Origin: an uncultured Ignavibacteriaceae bacterium
GTDB taxonomy: Bacteria > Bacteroidota > Ignavibacteria > UBA10030
DNA: 64,000 nucleotides
Assembly (NCBI GenBank): GCA_964362905.1
Contig: CAYIHQ010000001.1
Location: forward strand, 65,163 to 129,162
Direction of reading: 5' to 3'
Position 1 is the stretch's first letter. Every line of letters starts with the position of its first letter. The notes under the pieces are model-generated. The model ran no database searches, was not told the origin of the DNA, and saw only the letters and a program-made list of their open reading frames with translations. Positions 8,513 through 16,537 of the stretch are shown one piece after another. The position numbers were made by a program, and so were the translations under genes.

Positions 8513-10008
8513 CGCTGCACACCAACCTTCCAGAACTTGCGCTTCTTGCCCGAGATGGGTGGACGAATGACAGTGGAGGTGGCTGGTCGGATCGTTGGAC
8601 GCCACCTGCCGGCATCACCTGATGGGGGCTTCGGCTCCGAATCCCCTGGAATCGGTGGAGGCTTGGGCTTCCCTGGAATAGGAGGAGGAAGCGGCTTTCG
8701 CAGGGGATGTGGAGGAGTGATTTTCTTGGGCGGGAGAGTAGGAGTGATTTTCTTGGGCGGGAGAGTAACCCTCACCCCCGCGGCGACCCCCCTCCCAAAA
8801 TCTCGGACCCCACGGATCCCAGCACGGACTACGCTAGCACCGGCCTTCCCCACCGTGGCCCCCACTCGATGGGATACAGAAGATGGAGGAGAGGGCGGAG
8901 ATACAGAGGAGCCGGAGCCGATCGGAATGTACTTCTTCTGGGTCTTTTGGGAAGTATGTTGGAACGGGGGAGGAGAGGGCTGACGCAGTGCGGCGGGGGG
9001 AGGTGGTGGTGGGGCAACCCCCTGACGAGCCGCCTTCAGCTTCCGCCACGCGCTCTGATGCGATGCCACCTTTCCCTGGGCTTGCGTAAGGCGCTTCAGC
9101 AAGCGTCGGCCACTGCCTACACGAGCAAAATCTTGACCGGCCGCATGACCCACGATCTTGCCAACCTTCTTGGCGCTACGCTTCGCCAAGAGATCATGCA
9201 GGAGCATGCGAGTAGTCTGCCCCTTGAGACCCTTCGCGCGCTCTCCAGCATCTGTATGCGCTTGTGCTTTGTCACCCAGTTGGTGACCCCGCTCCGCAGA
9301 GAGCTTGCCCCGCATTGCCACGCGCTTGGCTAGGTTCCCATAGCCCGCATCACGCATTCTCTGCGCCAGATCCTTGAGATCACTCGCATGTCCAAACTCA
9401 GCACCGAGCTTTCGCTGTAGATGGAGACGACGAAGACCATGCCAGCCACGCTTGGCCAAGCTCAGCGCATCACCAAGAGCTTCCTGCTGAGCACTAAGCC
9501 GTTTTGCTAGCTGCTTCTCTACATGGAGTTTCAAGGTTCTTTCCTCGAACTTGTTTCGATGGTAGTCTGTGAGATCAACAATCTCACTGGTTTCTGGGGG
9601 TCGCCCTCTCCGAGTAAGCACCGTCACAATGCCATCGTGACCAGCAGCAGCGAGCTTCCTGGATAGAGCTGCACCCTTAGCCTTATAGACGGATCGGAGC
9701 CGTGCCTTCCACGAAGTCTCGTCATAGGTAGGACCATCATCATGGGTGTTGAAGGCTAGAACAAGGGGGTTTCTGAATGTTACTTTACCACTCTCCCACC
9801 CTTCTGGCAGCTTCCCTGGATTTGGATGATGCAACAGGTAGCGACCATGAGGCTCGATCTTCTGCTGAAAGCGATCCGTAGAAAAAGGTTTTGGGGCGCT
9901 AGCCGTGTTGCGCACGTAGTGGACAGCTACTGGGTGTCCCGTCTCAAAGTGCTGCCCATGCTCTTGGTGTATCGCAGGGTGCAGTAGACTCCTAGGAGTG
10001 CGCACCAT
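8509..10008 (-). CDS. Hypothetical protein (499 aa): globular N-terminal domain, basic coiled middle, Pro-rich repeat C-terminus
   Basis: Long ORF. The N-terminus (FRNPLVLAFNTHDDGPTYDETSWKARL..KLAAAGHDGIVTV) looks like a conserved phage/plasmid domain that I cannot name. The C-terminus reads TLPPKKITPTLPPKKITPPHPLRKPLPPPIPGKPKPPPIPG. Confidence 0.7.
   Translation of the reverse strand: MVRTPRSLLHPAIHQEHGQHFETGHPVAVHYVRNTASAPKPFSTDRFQQKIEPHGRYLLHHPNPGKLPEGWESGKVTFRNPLVLAFNTHDDGPTYDETSWKARLRSVYKAKGAALSRKLAAAGHDGIVTVLTRRGRPPETSEIVDLTDYHRNKFEERTLKLHVEKQLAKRLSAQQEALGDALSLAKRGWHGLRRLHLQRKLGAEFGHASDLKDLAQRMRDAGYGNLAKRVAMRGKLSAERGHQLGDKAQAHTDAGERAKGLKGQTTRMLLHDLLAKRSAKKVGKIVGHAAGQDFARVGSGRRLLKRLTQAQGKVASHQSAWRKLKAARQGVAPPPPPPAALRQPSPPPFQHTSQKTQKKYIPIGSGSSVSPPSPPSSVSHRVGATVGKAGASVVRAGIRGVRDFGRGVAAGVRVTLPPKKITPTLPPKKITPPHPLRKPLPPPIPGKPKPPPIPGDSEPKPPSGDAGRWRPTIRPATSTVIRPPISGKKRKFWKVGVQR
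8714..8767 (-). repeat. Perfect 27-bp tandem duplication (ggagtgattttcttgggcgggagagta x2) encoding TLPPKKITP x2
   Basis: Read directly. A neighbouring imperfect 27-bp pair at about 8643-8697 encodes KPLPPPIPG/KPKPPPIPG. Confidence 0.9.
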
Positions 10009-10009
10009 T

Positions 10010-10531
10010 TCACTCGCTCAGGTGTGGGACGCGGATCCGGACGAAGCGTCGTGCCTCCGGCAATCCCCCTTGCTCTCGACACTTCGTGATGAGCGCGTTG
10101 CACCGAGCAGCTACTAGTTTCTTGTAAAGCGGCTGCTTATCTGGTGTCCAATAAACCGTCTTGTTCTTGCCTGTGTTTTTGCCAATGGTAAGCGCCTTAC
10201 TGGCATCTTCCATTGTCTCGCCCACACCGACCGTGATGGTGTGGCCCCCGGTCACTCGCTGGTAGAGCGCGCGCATTTTCTCGATGGAGTCGGGAGCACA
10301 CGTAGAGGCGGGCGCACGGATCAGCATGTCATCTCCCCCGGCGATGACAAAGCGACCCCTCAGCACCCGAGCAGCATACTTCTCGATGGCGGCCTCTCCT
10401 CGATGGATCGTGAGGCTCAGCTTGCGCGCGGACTTGAGATCATTTCGCAGGATGAACCTGGCCACATGGCTACCCATGTCATCCCCATCCGCCCCGATGT
10501 ACACCACCTTCCCCACAGGTTGCCAGCTCAT
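10010..10531 (-). CDS. Minimal Cas10-like palm-domain nucleotide cyclase/polymerase (mCpol / GGDEF-like), 173 aa
   Basis: Start taken at Met-20 of track ORF 10010..10588, giving an ATGA overlap with the stop of 10528..11703. Motifs in the expected order: VVYIGADGDDMG (first Asp strand), RFVIAGGDDMLIRAP (GGDD hairpin), and TITVGVG..ASKALTIGKNTGKNKTVY (the equivalent of the GGDEF C-terminus). Confidence 0.6.
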   Translation of the reverse strand: MSWQPVGKVVYIGADGDDMGSHVARFILRNDLKSARKLSLTIHRGEAAIEKYAARVLRGRFVIAGGDDMLIRAPASTCAPDSIEKMRALYQRVTGGHTITVGVGETMEDASKALTIGKNTGKNKTVYWTPDKQPLYKKLVAARCNALITKCREQGGLPEARRFVRIRVPHLSE

Positions 10532-11703
10532 GGCCTCACCTTTATCACGATCTTCGTGCTCCCCGACAGCTCCGGAGCCAGGGGCCAAAGAGGAGCACCC
10601 CTCTGATCGGCTCGTAGAGGGTTCTCGAACCGATCAGCAGTATCGTAGGGTGCAGTCGCCAGCAAAATGTTGTTGTTCGAGAAGTTCGGATTCGTACCGC
10701 CGTGGTACCACATGTACCACTTGTTATTGTAGATCAGAGCGCAGGGTCCACCGATGTTCTCTGAATCCCACGACGAAGGCCCCATGGTCAGAATAGGATT
10801 ATTTGGGTTGCGTTCCCACACGCGAGCATCCACGCTAAATGCGTGTCCAATCCCTGTCTTGTACCCCAGAGTGTCAGGACCAGGTACTCCGTAGTAGAAG
10901 AGATGGTAACCCCAGCCCCCCGGATCCCGGACCACACACTGGTGGCTCACCTGACCATCGTCCCACGCGGGTTTCCGCCCCAGATCAAATACAGGATCCG
11001 TGCTAGACCGCTGCCACGAGCTGATACCACTATCCCCCGATTGCGCCAACCCAATGCGCCAGCCCCAGGGATACGCAGCATTCTGCGTGAACGCCGCGTA
11101 CCACATATGGTATCGCCCGTCGATGACCAGAGGGCTGGTCTCTCCCAGACCCCCATTCTCAGTGATACCCACCTCGGGATCGTCCACGAAGTATGTCCGC
11201 TCCCACAAGTTGACGGGCTTCAGAATCGGACCCTTCTTGGTCCACACAATCCCATCCATGCTCTCCGCCTGGAAGATCCAGTTCTGCCGCCCTGTGGTGG
11301 CCTGCCCGGGGTACCCCATATAGTAGCCAAACCACTTGCTGTCCCCAGGGCTGTAGATCGCGCTGAACGTCTCGTTCCCCAGCCCATCTTCCTGCCCCAG
11401 GACCGGGCGGAGCACGAGGTAGCGCCAGGGATCGGCCTCGGTGTAGGGGTTCACCCAGTTCAGGCCATCCGCAGATTCGGTCCAGAAGATCCCCGGATAG
11501 AACTTCGGAGGGCCGTTGAACTGGCGGGAGAGCGTCACCCACATCTTCAGCGGTTTGGTGGGGTCGCCAAAGCGATGGGTGACCACCACCCAGGGGTCAC
11601 TCACCAGGTCATTGCGCAGTACAGCACTGGATCCCGTAGCTGTTACCTGCCCCAGCTTAGTCCACGGTCCCGGCCACTTGACAGACTCGGGAACTAGAAC
11701 CAT
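10528..11703 (-). CDS. Five-bladed beta-propeller glycoside hydrolase-like protein (GH43/GH32/GH130-type fold)
   Basis: 391-aa ORF with repeated blade signatures: KWFGYYMGYPG, DGIVWTKKGPIL, RYHMWYAAF, WGYHLFYYG, VWERNPNNPIL, NKWYMWYHGG. Paralog of 60855..61946. Confidence 0.6.
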   Translation of the reverse strand: MVLVPESVKWPGPWTKLGQVTATGSSAVLRNDLVSDPWVVVTHRFGDPTKPLKMWVTLSRQFNGPPKFYPGIFWTESADGLNWVNPYTEADPWRYLVLRPVLGQEDGLGNETFSAIYSPGDSKWFGYYMGYPGQATTGRQNWIFQAESMDGIVWTKKGPILKPVNLWERTYFVDDPEVGITENGGLGETSPLVIDGRYHMWYAAFTQNAAYPWGWRIGLAQSGDSGISSWQRSSTDPVFDLGRKPAWDDGQVSHQCVVRDPGGWGYHLFYYGVPGPDTLGYKTGIGHAFSVDARVWERNPNNPILTMGPSSWDSENIGGPCALIYNNKWYMWYHGGTNPNFSNNNILLATAPYDTADRFENPLRADQRGAPLWPLAPELSGSTKIVIKVRP

Positions 11704-11709
11704 ACGCTC

Positions 11710-12060
11710 CTAGCAACGCGAAAGTTCTTCTTCTTTCCCCTGCTGTTCCAACCAATCCTTTACTACATCCAAATGGCAAAGTTTTGGCGCACAAAAACAA
11801 GCCACAGTCTTGTCGCGCAATGCCAGAACCTGCTCCCTGAAGCTACTATCGTGCTCCACACGAGCAAGAAAGTAGTCTCGAAAGCGCTGGATAACCCGTT
11901 GTCGCTCCGACTCCCGGTACATCCGGAAGGGGTTTCCCAGCCAGCCTTTTTGACCCGGAGGGGTCTTCCTGGGATCCGCACTGTCTCGGCCACCAAAAAC
12001 GTAGTCAGCTCCAACCTCGGCTACCTCGCCAATGAAGTCCCGAAGATTGATTACTTTCAT
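11710..12060 (-). CDS. DUF4326-like protein (116 aa)
   Basis: Only the C-terminal part of track ORF 11710..12486 looks coding. Start MKVINL at 12060. GWLGNPF and VACFCAPKLCHLDV match the GNPF / C.C.P..CH motifs I associate with DUF4326. Confidence 0.6.
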   Translation of the reverse strand: MKVINLRDFIGEVAEVGADYVFGGRDSADPRKTPPGQKGWLGNPFRMYRESERQRVIQRFRDYFLARVEHDSSFREQVLALRDKTVACFCAPKLCHLDVVKDWLEQQGKEEELSRC

Positions 12061-12230
12061 GGAATCAGGTAGCGGCCGGAGCAACCTCTTTCGCCTGGCG
12101 AAAAATATGTCCAACTCGGTGGCGTCAGAGCATAAGTATGGAGATACCACTTCGCCGTCGAGTACACCGACGGATGTGGAAGCTCTGGGATCCCCCCGAA
12201 GGCGATGCCAGAGCTTCCCCAATCCGTAGG

Positions 12231-12461
12231 TCAGGCAGTGGCCGGAGCCGGAGCAACCTCTTCCGCCGCGAGCTGCGCCTTCAGTGCCACCACCACTGCA
12301 CGGGACTCCTTCCCCGACGGCTTGTACGTCTTGAGGAAGTCGGTGGGACTCAGCACCACCTGGTTCTTCCCGTCGATCACAAACCAGTGGCCTTCCGGCC
12401 CCATGGTACCCCCCGTGATGCGGATGGCCTCGACCGTCCGCGGAAACGTCTTGAACTTCAT
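12231..12461 (-). CDS. Hypothetical small protein (76 aa; 94 aa if the TTG at 12515 is used)
   Basis: ORF 12231..12515 in the track starts at TTG. An internal ATG at 12461 has AAGG 8 nt upstream. First gene downstream of the promoter-like element at 12517..12546. Confidence 0.5.
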   Translation of the reverse strand: MKFKTFPRTVEAIRITGGTMGPEGHWFVIDGKNQVVLSPTDFLKTYKPSGKESRAVVVALKAQLAAEEVAPAPATA

Positions 12462-12516
12462 CTTTTGAACCTTGGCGTAGGGACACCCACCATCGGGGCC
12501 TTGGAGCCAGATCAAA

Positions 12517-12546
12517 ATGCTACCAGAGGAGGAAGGCGGATCCTAG
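12517..12546 (-). promoter_or_regulatory. Promoter-like element CTAGG-N16-TGGTAGCAT preceded by a T-tract
   Basis: The minus strand reads CCATTTTTTCTAGGATCCGCCTTCCTCCTCTGGTAGCAT. Same architecture as the elements at 26.0, 36.0 and 55.05 kb. It heads the long operon running from 12461 to beyond position 1. Confidence 0.45.
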
Positions 12547-12574
12547 AAAAAATGGAGCAGCCACGGTGTGCCTC

Positions 12575-13531
12575 TTACCCCTGGCCCTCAGCCTTCAGGT
12601 CGTGCGGCTTCGTTTCGCCGCCGAAGTAGTCGAGCCCGTTCGCTTCCTCGAAGCCGTGCGGCAGGAACGGGAAGTAGACCCTAGGGTTCAGGCCGAGCTT
12701 CCACGCGAGGCGTACGGTCTCACGCATCGGCGGGCTTGCGAACTTGACCAGCTCGGCGTCCAGCTCCGGATCCTCGACCGACACAAGCACCTTCCAGTAG
12801 CCACCCTCGGCGGTATCGGAGACCTTCGCCGGGATACTCACCGCGGCCAGCTCCGCAACGTACAGCTCTGCACGCCCGCGGTTGTAGCGCTCGCCCGCCG
12901 ACGTGTACGCGTTGCTGTAGATGAGCACCGCGACGGGATTCTTGCCTAGCACCGGCCCGGGGAGCCCCACTGCGGCGGCCCTGAACGCCTCAGCGGCCGT
13001 CTTGATAGCGTCGTACAGCACCTTCTCGCGCGCAATGTACAGCGCTTGGATCGCACCGGAGGCGATCAGCAGGTCATGCGCCTGCGCGCTCGTGAGCTTC
13101 TGCTTGCCGCGGTGCTTGCGCTGCGCGGTCTCAAACACCTTACGTACGCAGGCTTGCTCCAGCGGCCCGTTCCGCGCGGTTTGCTCGTGATACTCGGCCT
13201 GCGCGCGTCGCCACTCCGTGAGCAGAGCACGTACGCTGTCCCGGGTTGTCCCGCTGGTGAGAGCACGACCACGCAGGAACGCCACCGAGACCTTGAGGTA
13301 CTGTCGCTCGTTACCGCTGAGCGACCGAACTCGGATCGTGGTGTGGGTTTCGTCGTCGAGAGCGCCGAGCCTCGCGGCCGCCCAATCGGTAGCCGCCTCA
13401 ACAGCCGCTTTGACGTTGGGCGCTTCGATAGTGGTTTCGCCGCCGATGTCTCCGCCGAGTTCGACGACCCACATCCGCCGAGCCACATCCGGTTTCATCA
13501 CGCGAAGCTCGACTCGGGACCAGAGTCCCAC
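12575..13531 (-). CDS. Hypothetical protein (318 aa), G+C-rich block
   Basis: Long ORF with protein-like composition. Competing same-region ORFs on the plus strand look like GC-driven artefacts. Confidence 0.65.
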   Translation of the reverse strand: MGLWSRVELRVMKPDVARRMWVVELGGDIGGETTIEAPNVKAAVEAATDWAAARLGALDDETHTTIRVRSLSGNERQYLKVSVAFLRGRALTSGTTRDSVRALLTEWRRAQAEYHEQTARNGPLEQACVRKVFETAQRKHRGKQKLTSAQAHDLLIASGAIQALYIAREKVLYDAIKTAAEAFRAAAVGLPGPVLGKNPVAVLIYSNAYTSAGERYNRGRAELYVAELAAVSIPAKVSDTAEGGYWKVLVSVEDPELDAELVKFASPPMRETVRLAWKLGLNPRVYFPFLPHGFEEANGLDYFGGETKPHDLKAEGQG

Positions 13532-13797
13532 TGCAAGCTCGGCCCGCCGAAGTCCGAGCCCGTGGTGGCGGCCGGTGGAATGGGGCCGTCCGACGCCTCG
13601 TGCGACTCGATACCTCCGGGCAGCCCGATCACCGCACGGTCAGCGCCGTGCCTCCAAACCGCTGCCGCGCGCTCTTGCAAGAACCCAGCTAGTTCGCTAC
13701 CGGGGCGTGCGATCAGCACGAAGAAAACCACCTCACCGAACGATGACCCGGAAGTTCAGTACTCGATCGGCGGAGACAGCGACCATGTCCGGGTCGA

Positions 13798-14610
13798 TCA
13801 CTGCGGGACGACCTTCGCCGACGGATCCCGAACCACACCGCCGGACTGGTCACAGCGATCGTGCCAAACCTTGCCGCCACTCCAGCCCGAGTACACCGAC
13901 TCGCCCCAGCAGAATCGCCCGCGGCACACCGCGCACCGCACGAAGAGCCACCGTCGGAGTAGCTGGAGGAGCGGGACTTGTATGCGCCAGTGCCAAACGT
14001 GCCAGCGCGGATGCCGCCACCACGGGCGGCTACACCGGAGGTAGTAGCGCACGACCGTCGCGAAGGCGTCGCGCCTCTGCTCCGGGTCCTTATGCGGATC
14101 GAACAGCTCGTCCGAGTGAAGCTCGCTGATGAAATCCAGAGCCCACTGCATCAGGCGCTTCGGCGAACGCTTATCCAGACGCCACGCGGCCGTCCGGAGA
14201 ACGAGAGCCACAAGAGCCAGAGAGTCCCCGGGGCTCGTCCTCCAACTGACGAACCTATGCGCCGGGTCCCCTGACGCGGTGTCAGCAGGGTACTCGGCCA
14301 CGTGCATCTCGACGCCGCACGTGAAGTACCGCGAGTAGTTCGGGTCGGCCTCCCACGAAGTCAGCTCGTTCACCAGCTTCGTGACCGCTGGATCCGATGC
14401 GCGCCAGTACCGGCCGAACCAGTCGCAGGAATCATCGGAGCCTTTGCGCTCCGGGTCCTTGTGCCACACGACCGCCAGGACCGGAGCGTAGTACTTCGGG
14501 GAGAGGAACGCGCCCTCCTCACGAGTGCGGCGCCGCATCCGCCACCACTCGCGGACCGCGCGAATGGTCGGCATGCGAATCGTTGCGAGCATGGAGTAAG
14601 GGTCGTGCAT
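13798..14610 (-). CDS. Hypothetical Trp/Arg-rich protein (270 aa)
   Basis: Long ORF with no recognised motif. C-terminal Cys cluster CAVCRGRFCWGE..HDRC. Confidence 0.6.
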   Translation of the reverse strand: MHDPYSMLATIRMPTIRAVREWWRMRRRTREEGAFLSPKYYAPVLAVVWHKDPERKGSDDSCDWFGRYWRASDPAVTKLVNELTSWEADPNYSRYFTCGVEMHVAEYPADTASGDPAHRFVSWRTSPGDSLALVALVLRTAAWRLDKRSPKRLMQWALDFISELHSDELFDPHKDPEQRRDAFATVVRYYLRCSRPWWRHPRWHVWHWRIQVPLLQLLRRWLFVRCAVCRGRFCWGESVYSGWSGGKVWHDRCDQSGGVVRDPSAKVVPQ

Positions 14611-14616
14611 GTCTAC

Positions 14617-15105
14617 TCAGAAGCGCACAGAAATAGGCGACTCGGGATCCAGAGGAAGAGGCTCGGGATCAAGTGGAATGGGAGACGGTCCTTGGGAGAG
14701 CCTGAGCTGCACATGCTTCTGAGTACGCGCATCCCAGCAGATCACCTCGATTTCCTTCCCATCGTTTAGCAGCTTCTCCAATACCCCTGGAAGCGCATGG
14801 AGATAGCTCGCTGCGGAATCCCATAGATGAGCATAGTAGATTGGAGCCTCTTTTCTAGGCCTCATTATCATCATGGGGTTTCCATCGAACTCTCTCAGCG
14901 CGAGTGTACAGATGCCAAGGCTAGCAATTTCAGCCTCCCAAAACGTCCATGAGTGCAAGCGCTCGACCAGGTACGACGGCGTGCCCCGATACATCTCCTC
15001 CGTGGTTCGCAGCATGTTACGACCTGCGGATACGTAGTTATCGAAGACCCATTTCCGATGGGTCGGCGTGGCAACAACAGCTCGAAGTCGGCGAAGGAAA
15101 CTCAC
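14617..15105 (-). CDS. Hypothetical protein (162 aa)
   Basis: ORF with an ATGA overlap to the upstream gene at 15102-15105. C-terminal PIPLDPEPLPLDPESP repeat. Confidence 0.6.
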   Translation of the reverse strand: MSFLRRLRAVVATPTHRKWVFDNYVSAGRNMLRTTEEMYRGTPSYLVERLHSWTFWEAEIASLGICTLALREFDGNPMMIMRPRKEAPIYYAHLWDSAASYLHALPGVLEKLLNDGKEIEVICWDARTQKHVQLRLSQGPSPIPLDPEPLPLDPESPISVRF

Positions 15106-15341
15106 GTCGATGACCTTTGCGCAGCACGTAACACGTCTTCCGCTTGTTCCGCCGCAGCAAAACGACGCAGACGCTCGTCAATTGGCAGTCGTGATAACCA
15201 CGCAGCCCTTTCATCACCACTCATGTGTTCCAACATTACGGCCTCGGCAGCCGTCAATGGCAGCCACTTGCGTTCGATCGCAGGCGGTGGAACAGGTGGT
15301 TGAACCCCGTAGACGATCTCATGCGGATGCTTGATATCCAT
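15102..15341 (-). CDS. Hypothetical protein (79 aa)
   Basis: ORF translationally coupled to the downstream gene. Confidence 0.5.
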   Translation of the reverse strand: MDIKHPHEIVYGVQPPVPPPAIERKWLPLTAAEAVMLEHMSGDERAAWLSRLPIDERLRRFAAAEQAEDVLRAAQRSST

Positions 15342-15353
15342 TTTAGCTCCCTC

Positions 15354-15692
15354 TCACGATGCACCCCGGTCGATCTTGTAAATCGCTGCCAGGATCATGC
15401 CATCTTCTCTCCAACGCGACAGCTCCAACGACTCCGGCATCCCGTCGATCTCACGGTACCCGCCCGCAATTGAGGAGCATACGGTCACGCTGTTGACCTC
15501 ACCCTCGTCGTCAACCGTCGTCATCGGTAAGCACGATCCCCCGAGCATCGACTGCGGTCGCAGCAGGAGATCGGTAATCAGCTCGATTGTGGCATCGACC
15601 GGAGCATGGTCATCAAGCAGCCCGTTCACTGACAGAAACTCACGAAGACGCTCGTAATCAGCGCTGCTTTCAACAGAGACCTGACTTGTCAT
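15354..15692 (-). CDS. Hypothetical acidic protein (112 aa)
   Basis: Start moved to Met-46 (15692) of track ORF 15354..15827, which has AGGAGG about 6 nt upstream. Confidence 0.55.
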   Translation of the reverse strand: MTSQVSVESSADYERLREFLSVNGLLDDHAPVDATIELITDLLLRPQSMLGGSCLPMTTVDDEGEVNSVTVCSSIAGGYREIDGMPESLELSRWREDGMILAAIYKIDRGAS

Positions 15693-15717
15693 TTTTTCCT
15701 CCTGAGAGATGGGTCTT

Positions 15718-16032
15718 CTACGTATCCACAGGTCGTAACATGCTGGCCACCACGGAGGAGATGTAATCCCTGACGGTCGAAGCAAGTGAATCACCACAGC
15801 ACGAGCACACCCAAGTTCTCTGCCCATACGGATGAGCCAGTGCTACCCTTTCCCATGCCTTATCAATGGGAAGCAGAAGCAACACCCCCGACTTGCCACG
15901 GCATTCCACCGCGCACTCCTCTGAGCAATAGCACTCGTTCCAGCAGACAGCTTCACCATCACGGTCAGCGTCCATCTCGATCAAGACAACGTTCTTCAAT
16001 GGTGCGGAGATGCTTGGGATAAGGTCGGTCAC
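15718..16032 (-). CDS. Hypothetical Cys-rich protein (104 aa)
   Basis: The GTG at 16032 forms a GTGA overlap with the stop of 16029..16229. Contains CWNECYCSEECAVEC..CSCCG. Confidence 0.45.
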   Translation of the reverse strand: MTDLIPSISAPLKNVVLIEMDADRDGEAVCWNECYCSEECAVECRGKSGVLLLLPIDKAWERVALAHPYGQRTWVCSCCGDSLASTVRDYISSVVASMLRPVDT

Positions 16033-16229
16033 GGCCTGATCTCGTCGCTTGCCTTCGCCCGAATCGCTGCCGCTCCGCCGCGATCGCGGAAGTTTGCTCC
16101 GACCAACCGACGAACGCACTCCTCCGCTTCCGCGGCAGTCATATCGTCGGCCTCGATGATCTTGGCGCCGGAGCAGAACCTCAACCCCAGCGCAGTCTTG
16201 GTCTCCCACTTGACGAGATACCGCGTCAC
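16029..16229 (-). CDS. Hypothetical protein (66 aa)
   Basis: The GTG at 16229 forms a GTGA overlap with the stop of 16226..16537. The upstream part of the track ORF is Arg/Gly/Pro junk-like. Confidence 0.4.
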   Translation of the reverse strand: MTRYLVKWETKTALGLRFCSGAKIIEADDMTAAEAEECVRRLVGANFRDRGGAAAIRAKASDEIRP

Positions 16230-16537
16230 GGCTTGCGCTCCTCGGCCGGCGGCGGCACACCGATCCAGGTCTTGACGATGATTGAGTCGTGCCCGTCCGT
16301 TGCGCCGTCCGTCTCGTTCCAGGCAATCAGCTCGACGCGGCAGAAGCCCTTGGGCTCCTCGGGATTGGGGTCCTCGGGGGCGACGCACTTCGCGCGCCAT
16401 AGGCGCTCGCTGCGCTCTGGGTCCTGGTCCGGCGCCGGACCCGTCACCTCGATCCAGCCCTCGGATTGGCACGCCGGGCAGCGGCCCCAATCCTCGATGC
16501 GCTGCCGCTCGTCGGCAGCCTCCTCGTAGGTCGTCAC
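16226..16537 (-). CDS. Hypothetical protein (103 aa)
   Basis: The GTG at 16537 forms a GTGA overlap with the stop of 16534..17433. Sequence VTTYEEAADERQRIEDWGRCPACQSEGW. Confidence 0.45.
   Translation of the reverse strand: MTTYEEAADERQRIEDWGRCPACQSEGWIEVTGPAPDQDPERSERLWRAKCVAPEDPNPEEPKGFCRVELIAWNETDGATDGHDSIIVKTWIGVPPPAEERKP

Noticed and set aside
12061-12486. The N-terminal 142 codons of track ORF 11710..12486
   Set aside because: They are Gly/Arg-rich and non-protein-like, and they overlap the better ORF 12231..12515. DUF4326-like sequence starts at Met 12060.
13046-14129. Plus-strand ORFs of 332 and 303 aa (13046..14044 and 13218..14129)
   Set aside because: They are antisense to better minus-strand ORFs in a GC-rich block, and their translations are Arg/Ser/Pro junk-like.
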